A stretch of 52,962 nt of DNA, taken from positions 1 to 52,962 of the forward strand of contig JBLFWJ010000002.1 in NCBI GenBank assembly GCA_047611425.1, written 5' to 3'. The stretch comes from Bacteroidia bacterium. GTDB lineage: Bacteria > Bacteroidota > Bacteroidia > UBA10329. Under the pieces are notes generated by a model. The model did no database searches and was not told the origin of the DNA. It saw only the letters and a list, made by a program, of their open reading frames with translations. The translations under genes were made by a program, and so were the position numbers. Positions 8,165-18,100 of the stretch are shown here, piece after piece (position 1 is the first letter of the stretch; each line of letters opens with the position of its first letter).

Positions 8165-11100
8165 TCGTAAGATTTAAGTTCAAGGTTATAAAGCGCTTCC
8201 GTTATTGCAATATCCGTGTCTTTAAAGTAGAAAACACCGCCCCAGTCCCATATCTTCTTCTCATATACAGTAACTACGCCAGAAGCGTTCACAATATGTC
8301 TTGCTAGAGTAAAGCCTTTCCCGTTAACAATTTCTTCGGTAAGTCCTTCTGGGTAAATCTGAGCCAGCTCTGATAAAAATGCCAACCGTTGCTGTTCCGC
8401 ATCCAAATTCAATTCTTCAACCCGTTTCAACGCTTCCTCATATCGTTGTTGTCGTACATCTTCTTTATCAGATGGAGCTTCAGATGATGTTGCTGATTGA
8501 TCATTTTGAATTGCCTTAAGTGCAAGAGCTCGTGCGGCTTGTACTTCTGCTAATCGTGTCGCTTCAGCATCTTTCCGTGCCTGGTCGGCCGCAGCTTGTT
8601 CCTCAAATTTTCGCTTGGCCTCTTCTTTCTTTAAACGGTCTTTTTCTGCGGCATCGGCAATCAATGCCAACTGTTCATTTGCCTCTGCTATTTTAGCTTG
8701 AGGTACAGACTCAGTCGGTTTTAAGACAAGGGCTTGATCGAATTTATTCTTGGCTTCGGCATATTTGGCAGAAGCCATCAGATTATTACCATCCTGAAGC
8801 AAAAGCATGTACTCTCGTTCTTTGCCCGCCTTCTCCTTGTCCGAAGCAGCTATTTGAACCTTAAGGGCTTCAATCTGCTTTATCTGTTCTCTTGGCTCTT
8901 TTGCTCTTGGTTTTTCTTTTAAAGCACGATTGTATGCTGCAATGGCCTGATCGTAATCCCCTACTTCAAAAGCAAGTTCTGCCGTTTCAATTTGGTTGTG
9001 ATAGCGATCATCCAATGCTTGCGTTTCTCTTTCCGCTTTTGTAATATCCTTTTCAATTGATTCCAAGTCCTTGACCTTATCCTTAATTTCCTTTCCATCA
9101 GGTTTTAGAGCCAATCCTTGATCATACTGTGTTCGGGCCTTAGCATAGTCTTTCTTATCAAATGCTTGATTTCCTATTGTGAGGAATCTCAGGTAGTCTT
9201 CTTCTTTCTTTTTGGCGGCAAGGGCTGCATTAGCCTTCAGCTCGTCTTCATTCTTCTTCTGCAACTCAGCAGCTACTCTCTGTTCTTCCTTTGATTTTTC
9301 TAGCTCTACCCTTGCAGCAGCCTTGGCCTCTAAATCTGCCTTTTGCAAATCCTCCTTCTCCAACCTCAACTCTACCTTCTTTTGAGCAGCCTTTGCTTTT
9401 ATGCGCTCCGCTTCCAGCGCATCAAGCTGTGTTTGTCTGTCAGCAGCCCATCTATCTTCAACTTTTCTTTGATCCTCGGCTTTTCTACGGTTTTCCGCTT
9501 CTATATTTTGCTGGCGTTGTTTAACAGCCGCCAATTCATTTGCGTTGATTTCATCAATTCGCTCTTGTTCAGTAGCTATGCGAGCATTTTGTTTCTCAAA
9601 CTGCTCTCTTTGAAACAGAATCTGTTGTTTCTTTTCATCTTCTACTCTAGCCCTACGTTCCTCTTCTACTTTTTTCGCTACCGCTAGGTATTGTTCATCA
9701 GCTTTTCGTTTTTCATCCTCGGCTTTGCTAACCTTTGCTTGAGCTATTTCTTCTGCCCTTACCAATCTGGTCTCTTCGTACTTTCTTAAATGAGCAAATT
9801 GATCTGCTTTTTTCTCCTCATATTCTTGTTCTAAAATGTCTATCTCCTTTTGGTTTGCCGCAGCAAACATATCTTGATATCTGATGTTTGAAACTCCACC
9901 AACAGCATTTTTTTGAATTCTATAAGCATCGAACATTGCTTCTGCCTTTTCACGTCTGAACTCGGCATCTTTAGGAAGCGTCTCCATCAATGCTTCCACT
10001 GTATTTTCCCGTTCTCCACCACCTTGTGCAATTGCGTTTTCTAGTTCCTTGTATTTCTTGTTTCGTAAATCTCCAATAACTTGTTTGTGAACCACTTGAG
10101 CATCTTTTTCAGACTTAACACCTAACTCTCGTTTTTCAACTCTCACATTAGCCCGTTTTGCCTCAAGATCTTCCCACTGTCTTTGCTTTTCATCAAATCG
10201 GTCATTTTTCTTCTTTTGCTTCGCTTCATCCTCAGTTTGTTTTGCCACAGCAAATAGAGAGTTAAAGTCAATGCCGGAATAGTTATTTCCCCCTTGATTT
10301 ATCTGACGACTTTCCACATACGTGTCATAAACAGCCTGTGCCTTTTCCTCTTTGTATGGATCATTCTTCGAAAAGGCTTCTTGAAGCGCTTTAATCGTTT
10401 CTGCTCGTTCTCCATTTGAACTTTTAATGGCCTCCTCAATTTTCCTCACAGTTTCTTGCTCCTCAGCTATCTTCCTACCCTCAACTTTGGCCATAAATGC
10501 CGCTAACCTTGCTGAATCCGCTTGGTCTTTTGTAGAAGATTCATTTTCACGAGCCGCAAATTCAGCAGTAGAAGCCGCTGCAAATAGATTATCGAAATTC
10601 ATGCTGGAAAGTGTGGATCCAGTCTTTCGCATATTTTCATACTCTGCGTAAACTGCCGCGGCCTTTTCTTCCCTGTATGGGTCTTTTCCAAATTGCTTTT
10701 CAAGATTTTTTATGGCTGTTTCAGGGTTTCCATTTGCGTTGAAAATTGCTTGATAATAACTTTCGACCTTCTCTGCTTTGACTTCCTTTTGCCGTGACTC
10801 TTCTTCGGTAGCTGCTGCAGCGATTCTTTCTCGAGCCTCCAATTGAGACGAGGCGTTAGCTTTTGCCAACGCTTCAGATTGCGCTTGTTTTACCGCAAGT
10901 GTTGCATTTTGAACCTTTGCCTTTCTCTGTTCTTCAATTTCAGTCATTTCAGCCATATGCTGAACCTCAAATTCTTGAGTCGATTTAAAAATTGACTGAA
11001 AATCGATATTGGCAGTAGTACCACCTTGTTTCTTCTTTTCCTTCTCTAGCTCAGCAAAAATTATGTCCACTTTCTTAGCTCGAAGAGAATCTGACTTTGG

Positions 11101-11823
11101 ATAGATTTTAAGAAGTGATTCTTTAACTTTCGTCTCGTCTCCGCCAATCGTTGCCGTTGCTTTAATGATTTCAGCTGCTTCCAAACCATCTGATTCTAAC
11201 AGCATTTTAGCTGCCTCTTCTCGCTCAAACTTTTGTTGGGCTTCCAACTCGGCCTGTCGATGTCGTTCTTCTGCTAACCTTGCAAGACGTTCTTCTTCTA
11301 CTTGTTCCTCTTTAGTGTAATCAAGTTCATAGGCCATTGAATTTTTCCGAATGTCGTAGAACACTCTAGCCACGGCTCCTACATAGTCTAATCCATCAAG
11401 GTCTTTAACTAGATAAACATCGAACATAAACTTTGGCACTTTGGTTTCTGTAGATGCCGCCATAGTAACATCTGTGTCGAAGTCAACCATTTTGCTGGTA
11501 AATCCATCCTTTTCAACCTTAATGACATACATTTTATTAATGTCAAGATTAAAAGCAAATTTGCCATTCCCTTTCGTGACCATCTTCTTAATCTCGACCA
11601 AACCACTTTTAGATCCATCGGGGTCTTCAAAAATGGTAACCACGACCTCCTTTAGAGTTTTGCTCAGTTCTTTTGCATTACCTTCAATCTGAACCGGTGG
11701 TTTAACGTTTGATTGGTATTCGACTACTTCAGTGTATTCTCCATTATCCTGCCCAACCACATTCGATAGGCTAAAAATGAAGGCCGTTAGGCAAAGTAGT
11801 ATGTAGGTCTTTAAATCTGGCAT
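8161..11823 (-). CDS. 1220-aa secreted coiled-coil protein with N-terminal CRD-like domain, four ~68-aa repeat modules, three TPR-like units and a small globular C-terminal domain
   Basis: Signal peptide SLSNVVG|QD. The CRD-like stretch is VVVTIFEDPDG...KFAFNLDINKMYVIKVEKDGF. Roughly aa 170-1145 is E/K/A/Q/R-rich heptad-like sequence. Repeats and TPR units are described in the findings. Confidence 0.7.
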   Translation of the reverse strand: MPDLKTYILLCLTAFIFSLSNVVGQDNGEYTEVVEYQSNVKPPVQIEGNAKELSKTLKEVVVTIFEDPDGSKSGLVEIKKMVTKGNGKFAFNLDINKMYVIKVEKDGFTSKMVDFDTDVTMAASTETKVPKFMFDVYLVKDLDGLDYVGAVARVFYDIRKNSMAYELDYTKEEQVEEERLARLAEERHRQAELEAQQKFEREEAAKMLLESDGLEAAEIIKATATIGGDETKVKESLLKIYPKSDSLRAKKVDIIFAELEKEKKKQGGTTANIDFQSIFKSTQEFEVQHMAEMTEIEEQRKAKVQNATLAVKQAQSEALAKANASSQLEARERIAAAATEEESRQKEVKAEKVESYYQAIFNANGNPETAIKNLEKQFGKDPYREEKAAAVYAEYENMRKTGSTLSSMNFDNLFAAASTAEFAARENESSTKDQADSARLAAFMAKVEGRKIAEEQETVRKIEEAIKSSNGERAETIKALQEAFSKNDPYKEEKAQAVYDTYVESRQINQGGNNYSGIDFNSLFAVAKQTEDEAKQKKKNDRFDEKQRQWEDLEAKRANVRVEKRELGVKSEKDAQVVHKQVIGDLRNKKYKELENAIAQGGGERENTVEALMETLPKDAEFRREKAEAMFDAYRIQKNAVGGVSNIRYQDMFAAANQKEIDILEQEYEEKKADQFAHLRKYEETRLVRAEEIAQAKVSKAEDEKRKADEQYLAVAKKVEEERRARVEDEKKQQILFQREQFEKQNARIATEQERIDEINANELAAVKQRQQNIEAENRRKAEDQRKVEDRWAADRQTQLDALEAERIKAKAAQKKVELRLEKEDLQKADLEAKAAARVELEKSKEEQRVAAELQKKNEDELKANAALAAKKKEEDYLRFLTIGNQAFDKKDYAKARTQYDQGLALKPDGKEIKDKVKDLESIEKDITKAERETQALDDRYHNQIETAELAFEVGDYDQAIAAYNRALKEKPRAKEPREQIKQIEALKVQIAASDKEKAGKEREYMLLLQDGNNLMASAKYAEAKNKFDQALVLKPTESVPQAKIAEANEQLALIADAAEKDRLKKEEAKRKFEEQAAADQARKDAEATRLAEVQAARALALKAIQNDQSATSSEAPSDKEDVRQQRYEEALKRVEELNLDAEQQRLAFLSELAQIYPEGLTEEIVNGKGFTLARHIVNASGVVTVYEKKIWDWGGVFYFKDTDIAITEALYNLELKSYE
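9838..11172 (-). repeat. Four protein-level repeat modules inside the coiled-coil gene (approx. 10969-11172, 10549-10752, 10231-10434, 9838-10041)
   Basis: By eye, the modules share G.E...(I/V)..L.....K(D)P(Y/F)(R/K)EEKA.A(V/M)(Y/F)..Y ... (I/M)x(F/Y)xx(L/I/M)FAxA. Examples are NGNPETAIKNLEKQFGKDPYREEKAAAVYAEY...MNFDNLFAAAS and NGERAETIKALQEAFSKNDPYKEEKAQAVYDTY...IDFNSLFAVAK. Confidence 0.7.
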
Positions 11824-11854
11824 TTCCGCAACTTAATTCAACGAGTGATGTAAA

Positions 11855-14800
11855 TCATTTCCCCTCGGTGGTAATAACCGTCCCTCCTCCAACATCAACT
11901 ATGGTCAATTCAATTCTTCTATTCATCTGACGTCCTTCTGGATTGTCAGAACCGTCTGGATTCTCGTTAGGTGCAATATGTTTGGTTTCTCCATAACCCA
12001 TTGGCACAACTCTTTTAGATGAGACATTCTTCTTTTTTAACCATCCAACAACACTCTTGGCTCTATTTCTACTGAGTTTCATGTTATATTCATCTGAGCC
12101 ACGCGCATCTGTGTGTCCAGAAATCTCCACTTTCACTTTAGGGTAGTTGTCCATGAAAACCAATAATTTATTCAATTCTACAATTGACTCATCTCGAATA
12201 TTGTAACGGTCGAAATCGAAGTAAATCCTTTCTAGAATAATCTTGTCGCCCACTTTTAATTCTCGGCTGTTGTTAATGTCAGCGTCAAGCAATGTTGGGT
12301 CATAGCCCAAAGCACGTTGCTTTTCCATTGATGCCAGTTCCTCTTCCAGTCTAGCAATCTCTTCTTCCAATTCGCCTGTTGGTATATCCTGAACTGGCCT
12401 CACATCCACTATCTCAGGCTCTGTAAATTTCATAAAAGGAGAGAAACACACGTCATTAATTTCTTTTGAGTGACCATAACACGGGGTAATCTCATCACCA
12501 GTTTTGAAATACCACAATTCAGGATCTTTGTCCTTTGTTCCGGTAATCACATATTGGCTATTCTTTGAAATGTAGGTGGATGAAACAGGTTGGTCATTGC
12601 CGACAAATGCATTTCGAACACTTGAACTAACTGCATCCCAAGAATATATAAATGCATTGGTACTTGCCGACACAACTGTTCTGCTGTCTGGTGAAATCAT
12701 CACATCAGTAACAGCCGATCCATGAAGTTGAAATTCATTGAGCATTGCTCCAGTTGAGATGTCCCATCTCTTTGCTTTTCCATCCGACCCTCCGGTAACA
12801 ATATAACTGCCTGAAGGGGCATAAGAAACACTGAGCACAGGACCTGAATGTCCAGGAAAAACTCCAACCAGTTCCTCACTAATCACTTCCCACATTAGTA
12901 CATTCCCATCATCTGAAACAGAAACAAAGTAGTTTCCGTCAGGGCTTACTGCTACATCATTTACAGCAGCTTGATGACCATAATATGTTTTAAGAGCAAG
13001 TCCTGATTCAACATCAAAAAGTTTTATTGTTGAGTCTGAACTAGCAGAAAGGAAATATTTTCCATTTGGAATAAAGGAAGCTCCATTTACCCGAGCTTTA
13101 TGGCCATAGTAAGCCTTGTGCAAGGTACCATCCGGCAAATTCCATAGATTCACCTTTCCAGATTCCATTGCGTTCAATGCGTACTTACCGTAGGGTGAGA
13201 ATTCAACTGTTGTAACGTTTCCGGAGTTATAAAGGTCGAGCACCATTTTACAGTTAGGCACATCCCATATCAAAGCATGTCCATCAGGGCTACCTGACAT
13301 CGCATAAACATTACCACCTTGCTCCTCTCCAAGCATTCTCTTACGCCATTTTTCCGGATCGTTTCGAAGCGTGTAATCTTTAATAAGTTCTCGTACCTGT
13401 GCATTCTTACCCATTACTGTAAGTACTTCCGCTGTATCGTAGAATAACTCTGACTCGATGTATACGCAATAGCTACCAGGTTCAAGTACTTGTACGTAAT
13501 TACTAGACTTACCGTGTGGACGATAGGTTCCTATGAATTCGCCAGTAAGATCGTTGGTAACAGTCATAACGACATCTCCAATTTCAAAATTCGGATCCAT
13601 TGCTAGGGAGTCCTTGATATTGGTAACCGATCCCCGAACAATTGATTCGACTGGAATAACCTCATTAAACGTTACTCTATAAATATCCCTTTCACCTAAT
13701 CCGCCAGTTCGAAATTGTGATATGTAACCGTATCGGCCTGTCGTAGACATACTAATGTTAAAGTCATCATCAACAGTATTTATTGGATAGCCCACATTCC
13801 TTGGAACGGACCACGTATTTGTCAATTCATCCCATTCGGTAGTGAAAATGTCAAAACCGCCCATACTAGTATGCCCTTCACTACAGAAATAAAGGGTTCG
13901 ACCATTTGCGGCTAAGTGAGGAAACGATTCATTGTACTCTGTATTGATCACATCTGGTAGCCTCTGACCAATACCCCATCTGCCGTTAGGCAACCTTCGG
14001 CTCATGTACAAATCGGTTCCTTTTTTCCCTTTTCCAGTCTCGCGAGAAAAGAAAACTAAGTTTCCATCGGTGGAAAGTCCGGCCGTAGTTTCAATGTCAT
14101 CCGTATTGATATTCTTTCCGAAATCTTTGTATTCATCAAAGAATCTACCTTTTCGAGGAGAAACCATGATATCATCGTATCCATCAAAATTGTCGATGTA
14201 AACTAATAACTCTTGCCCATCGGCCGAAATCCCTACAACTTCCTCAAAATACTCTGTATTTACTGATGAACCGATATTGTGTGCTTCTTTGAATTTCCCT
14301 CTAACGGTTCTTGATCTGAAAATATCCGTTGCTTTGTATCCATCATAATCAAGATAAAGTCCCAAACAATCTGGTCTTTTGGTGCAGAAGACAATAAAAG
14401 ACTCATCCTCAGGAATAAACGGGTTATAATCCGGATACGGTGAATTAACTAGTCCACCGAGGTTTTCAAAAGTTACGTCTCTAGGGTATTTCAACAACTG
14501 CTTTCCATTAAAGCACATTTCAATCATCCTAGATCCCGTAATGATATTGTCTTCTTTCCCTCTGCTGATTTCCTTGAATTGATTAAACGTTGTTATTGCT
14601 TCATCAAATCGGTGTGCAAACATGTACGCCCTTCCTAGCTGATATATAGCCTCTTTGGGAAATTTCGGTTGCTGAACAACGTATTCAAGATATGAAATAG
14701 CCTTGGTTTTATCGATGTTTGACTCTAGGTAACAAGCTCCGATATAGAAGTTGGTTTCAACGTTAGAAGGATCCTTAGAAAGAAGGATGAGGAAATCTTC

Positions 14801-15040
14801 TATAGCAGCGCGAAAATTACCACCCCAGTAATAATCCATCGCTCCTCTTTTAGAGACCTTTAATCTTCTCTTATCCCTTTGTTCGTCACTCTCGTTAATA
14901 TCCCGATTGAATTCATCCTCAGAAACTTTGGTGATGTCCCGAGACTGGCCATTGGCCGTGGACCAAGAAGCCACAATGTATAGCATAATCGCAGCCAATC
15001 TGGTAAACCAATTGGTGAGATTGTATATCGGTTTTTTCAT
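11855..15040 (-). CDS. PorE-like paralog C: TPR + PD40 propeller + CRD + 7-bladed WD40 propeller + short coiled coil + OmpA_C peptidoglycan-binding domain
   Basis: Signal peptide ASWSTANG|QS. PD40 blades include GISADGQELLVY, GLSTDGNLVFFS and LAANGRTLYFCSEGHTSMGGFDIF. The CRD is TNDLTGEFIGTYRPHGKSSNYVQVLEPGSYCVYIES. WD40 blades lie at about 12431-13318. OmpA_C lies at about 11906-12238 (IYFDFDRYNIR...ISGHTDARGSDEYNMKLSRNRAKSV...NRRIEL). Confidence 0.8.
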   Translation of the reverse strand: MKKPIYNLTNWFTRLAAIMLYIVASWSTANGQSRDITKVSEDEFNRDINESDEQRDKRRLKVSKRGAMDYYWGGNFRAAIEDFLILLSKDPSNVETNFYIGACYLESNIDKTKAISYLEYVVQQPKFPKEAIYQLGRAYMFAHRFDEAITTFNQFKEISRGKEDNIITGSRMIEMCFNGKQLLKYPRDVTFENLGGLVNSPYPDYNPFIPEDESFIVFCTKRPDCLGLYLDYDGYKATDIFRSRTVRGKFKEAHNIGSSVNTEYFEEVVGISADGQELLVYIDNFDGYDDIMVSPRKGRFFDEYKDFGKNINTDDIETTAGLSTDGNLVFFSRETGKGKKGTDLYMSRRLPNGRWGIGQRLPDVINTEYNESFPHLAANGRTLYFCSEGHTSMGGFDIFTTEWDELTNTWSVPRNVGYPINTVDDDFNISMSTTGRYGYISQFRTGGLGERDIYRVTFNEVIPVESIVRGSVTNIKDSLAMDPNFEIGDVVMTVTNDLTGEFIGTYRPHGKSSNYVQVLEPGSYCVYIESELFYDTAEVLTVMGKNAQVRELIKDYTLRNDPEKWRKRMLGEEQGGNVYAMSGSPDGHALIWDVPNCKMVLDLYNSGNVTTVEFSPYGKYALNAMESGKVNLWNLPDGTLHKAYYGHKARVNGASFIPNGKYFLSASSDSTIKLFDVESGLALKTYYGHQAAVNDVAVSPDGNYFVSVSDDGNVLMWEVISEELVGVFPGHSGPVLSVSYAPSGSYIVTGGSDGKAKRWDISTGAMLNEFQLHGSAVTDVMISPDSRTVVSASTNAFIYSWDAVSSSVRNAFVGNDQPVSSTYISKNSQYVITGTKDKDPELWYFKTGDEITPCYGHSKEINDVCFSPFMKFTEPEIVDVRPVQDIPTGELEEEIARLEEELASMEKQRALGYDPTLLDADINNSRELKVGDKIILERIYFDFDRYNIRDESIVELNKLLVFMDNYPKVKVEISGHTDARGSDEYNMKLSRNRAKSVVGWLKKKNVSSKRVVPMGYGETKHIAPNENPDGSDNPEGRQMNRRIELTIVDVGGGTVITTEGK

Positions 15041-15177
15041 CGCAACGGCCCTATTGTGCGGACCAAATCAAGTCAACCACCAAATAAACTGAAACTAGAT
15101 CAGCGACACAAGAATATATCGATAATAAACACTTTAAATGCAAGAAAAGGTGGAGATAACCGTTTTATTCGGCTTGA

Positions 15178-18100
15178 TTAGGACCCAATCTGCAATCCTT
15201 TTGGAATGTTGATCTTCTCAACTTCCATCTTTTCGGTTTTGCCTGTTGGTAAACCAATCTCTATTCTTCGGTTTAAAGCTCTGCCTGATGGATTATCTGT
15301 TCCATCTGGATTTTCATTAATGGCAATCGGTCGTTGTTCTCCATAACCAACGGCTCTCAATCGGCTTTTACTTATACCCATATTGGTAAGGTACCTTAGA
15401 ACCGACTCGGCTCTAGTTTGAGATAAGCGCATATTGTAACCATTGTCTCCCTTAGAATCTGTGTGCCCCTCCACTACTATTGAGACTCCTGAGTTATCCT
15501 TGAGAAAGTAATATAGCTTATTCAACTCCTTCTTTGAAGTTGGTTTTAAAGAAGCTTGGTTGTAATCAAAGAAAATATTTTTGAGCACAAAATTCTTCCC
15601 GCTCTTCAACTCCTCAGCTGAGAAGACAGCTTCCCGGGGCTGGGGTTTTACTGCTCTACTAGTGCTCTTGCCGCTAACCCCCATGTTATTCATGATGATA
15701 TCCAGCTTTCGGTTAACCTCGGCAAATTGATCTCTGAGATCTTTGTTCTCATTAATCACTTGCTCATTCATTATTCGCAGCTCGTTAATATTGCCAGCGC
15801 TATTGTTTCGCGATTTTTCTTCTTCAGCCTTTCTAGCTGCCTCTGCCTTAGCTTCCTGTTTCTTTCTTTCCGCAGCACTTGCGATTTCTGATTGTCTAGC
15901 CGATTCCTCCTGGCGACTTAATTCTTCCAATCGATCCGATTCGAGTCGTGCAGCTTTCTCCTCTTTTAGCCTATCTGATTCTAAGTTCTCAAACTGACTA
16001 TCTAACTGCTTTACTTGCGACTCTAGTTGAGACCGTTCCTGATTATTAGAAGCGCCTTGAGCCAGTAAAGAACTTTTAGCTTCTTCAGCCTCAGAAAGCG
16101 ATTGCTCAGCTTTGTTCTTACGGTTCAGCACTTTTCTTCTTCTTTCATCCAGATTGGCCAATTCTTCATCAGCCTCCTTAATGTCAGATTCAGCCTTAGT
16201 TGCGACCAAAGACTCTTCCTCAGTTGACTTATCTATCCCCTTCTTCTCTGTTTTAAGCCTTGCGATTCTTGCAAGAGCATTAGCCTTCTTATCCTTGATT
16301 TCAGAAGAGCTAAGCGATTCTGCCTGAATAGATTGAATCGGGTTTTGCTTTACCGGCTCTTTCGTGACTTGCGCAACTTCTTGCTTTGGAGGAAGTTTGA
16401 TTGGCGCCTTCTTTATTTCTTGCTGCTTTGCAACCGGCTTAGTTTGCTGGGCTACAGGCTCTGCAGGTGTATCGTAACCAACTCCTTGTTTAGCTGCTTT
16501 TAACTTTTCTATCCTAGCCAAAAGTTCAGCACGCTTTTTCGCCACAGGATCAACGATTTCTTCAGTTCCTTCAGTTTTCACTGGCTCTTGTGAAGAAGCC
16601 AATTCTCCAGCTCTACTTTCCTCCTCTAATTGTTTAGCTAGCTCTGCCGATCGGGCCATCTCGGCCTTTTTATCCGCCTCAAGTTTAGCAGCGGCTTGTT
16701 CTTGCGCAATTCTATCGTCTGCCGCATTCTTGGCATCTAGCTCAGCTTCATTTTTTTTAGCGACTTCAGCCTGCTGAGCGGCCAGAATTTGCTGACGTTG
16801 TTTCTCTTGAGCCTCTTGTTCTGCTAATTGCTCTTCTTGAAGTTTCTGACCCTCACCCTCTGCTTGCTTTGCAGCTAAATCTTGCGCTGCTTTTTCACTA
16901 GGCTTTTGTTTCGAGGCTTCAATTCGTGCCGTCTGCGTATCAGCAGCTAATTGATCTATCTGTTCTCGCTCTATCCGCTTTCTTTCTGCATTTGCTGCTT
17001 CAGCTTCGGCCGCCTTTCTCAGCTGTTCGGCAGACTGTGCTTCCATGGCAAACTGATCTTCCACTTCTTGACGCTCTAACGCATCTGCTTCCTGCTGTGC
17101 AAGAAGGTCGGAATTCAATGCAGAGTTAGCAGCTGCGACTATCGCCAAACTATCTTCTTCTGCCTTCTTAGCTAATGCAGCAAGACGAGCCAATTCTTCT
17201 TGACGTTTCTTTGCTTGAAGAGCTAGAATCTCATCTCCAAACACCACTTCATCTAGCTCAATGGTTTTATTTATTTCGTAGTAAGTTGAGTTGTCTGGAA
17301 CGTCCACCAAAACTTCTTTAGAGGCATACCCATCAGCGTGATAAGTCACCTCATAATCTTCCCCCGGATCCAAAATAAGGATGTAACGGCCAGTTTCACG
17401 ATTCGGCCTGTACTCGCCAACAATAGATTCGGTACCCACCTCCCTTACAGTGATTTTCGCACCAAGATCCGAATACGCCATTGCTGGGACAGTCATTTTA
17501 CCCGCTAAAATCGTTACGGATGCGGCTTTGGTTTCCTCTAATTTGAGGAGGTATATATCCTGCTCTCCCATTCCTATTGACCGAACGGAAGAGTAATATG
17601 CGTATCGACCATCAGGAGTGGTAACGAAAAACATATCGTTCATAGGCGAGTTTATCGGGTATCCAATATTTTTAGGACTGCCCCATACTCCGTCAACAAG
17701 TTCCGATCGGAATAAATCAAACCCACCCATGCTGCGGTGGCCCTCTGAGCTAAAAATCAAAAATTTACCATCAACAGTTAGAAATGGTGATTCTTCAGCA
17801 TATGGCGTATTGATAGAATCGCCCATGTTTTGAGACAAACTCCACTCTCCATTTGGTAGCTTCCTAGTATAATAAAGATCTCTTTCTCCTCTTCCTCCTG
17901 GTCTATCGGACGTGAAGACAAGCAAATTCTCATCTGCAGAAACAGTAGCGTGTGTTTCCCACGAAGAAGAGTTTACATCAGACCCAACCTTTTTTGGTGT
18001 AGACCATTGACTTCCTTGAAGAACACTGAAATAAATGTCCATGTCCTTATATATATACAAGGTTTGGCCATCAGGTGATAATCCGATTGCTGCTTCGTGA

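Noticed and set aside
9291-9687. Plus-strand ORFs (77 and 114 aa), and similar ones at 8734-8922, 10427-10651, 15743-15997, 16112-16327 and 16926-17129, all antisense to the coiled-coil genes
   Set aside because: Their S/L/F-rich low-complexity translations are the mirror image of E/K/A-rich codons on the other strand. They have no motifs and are fully nested in much longer, well-supported genes.
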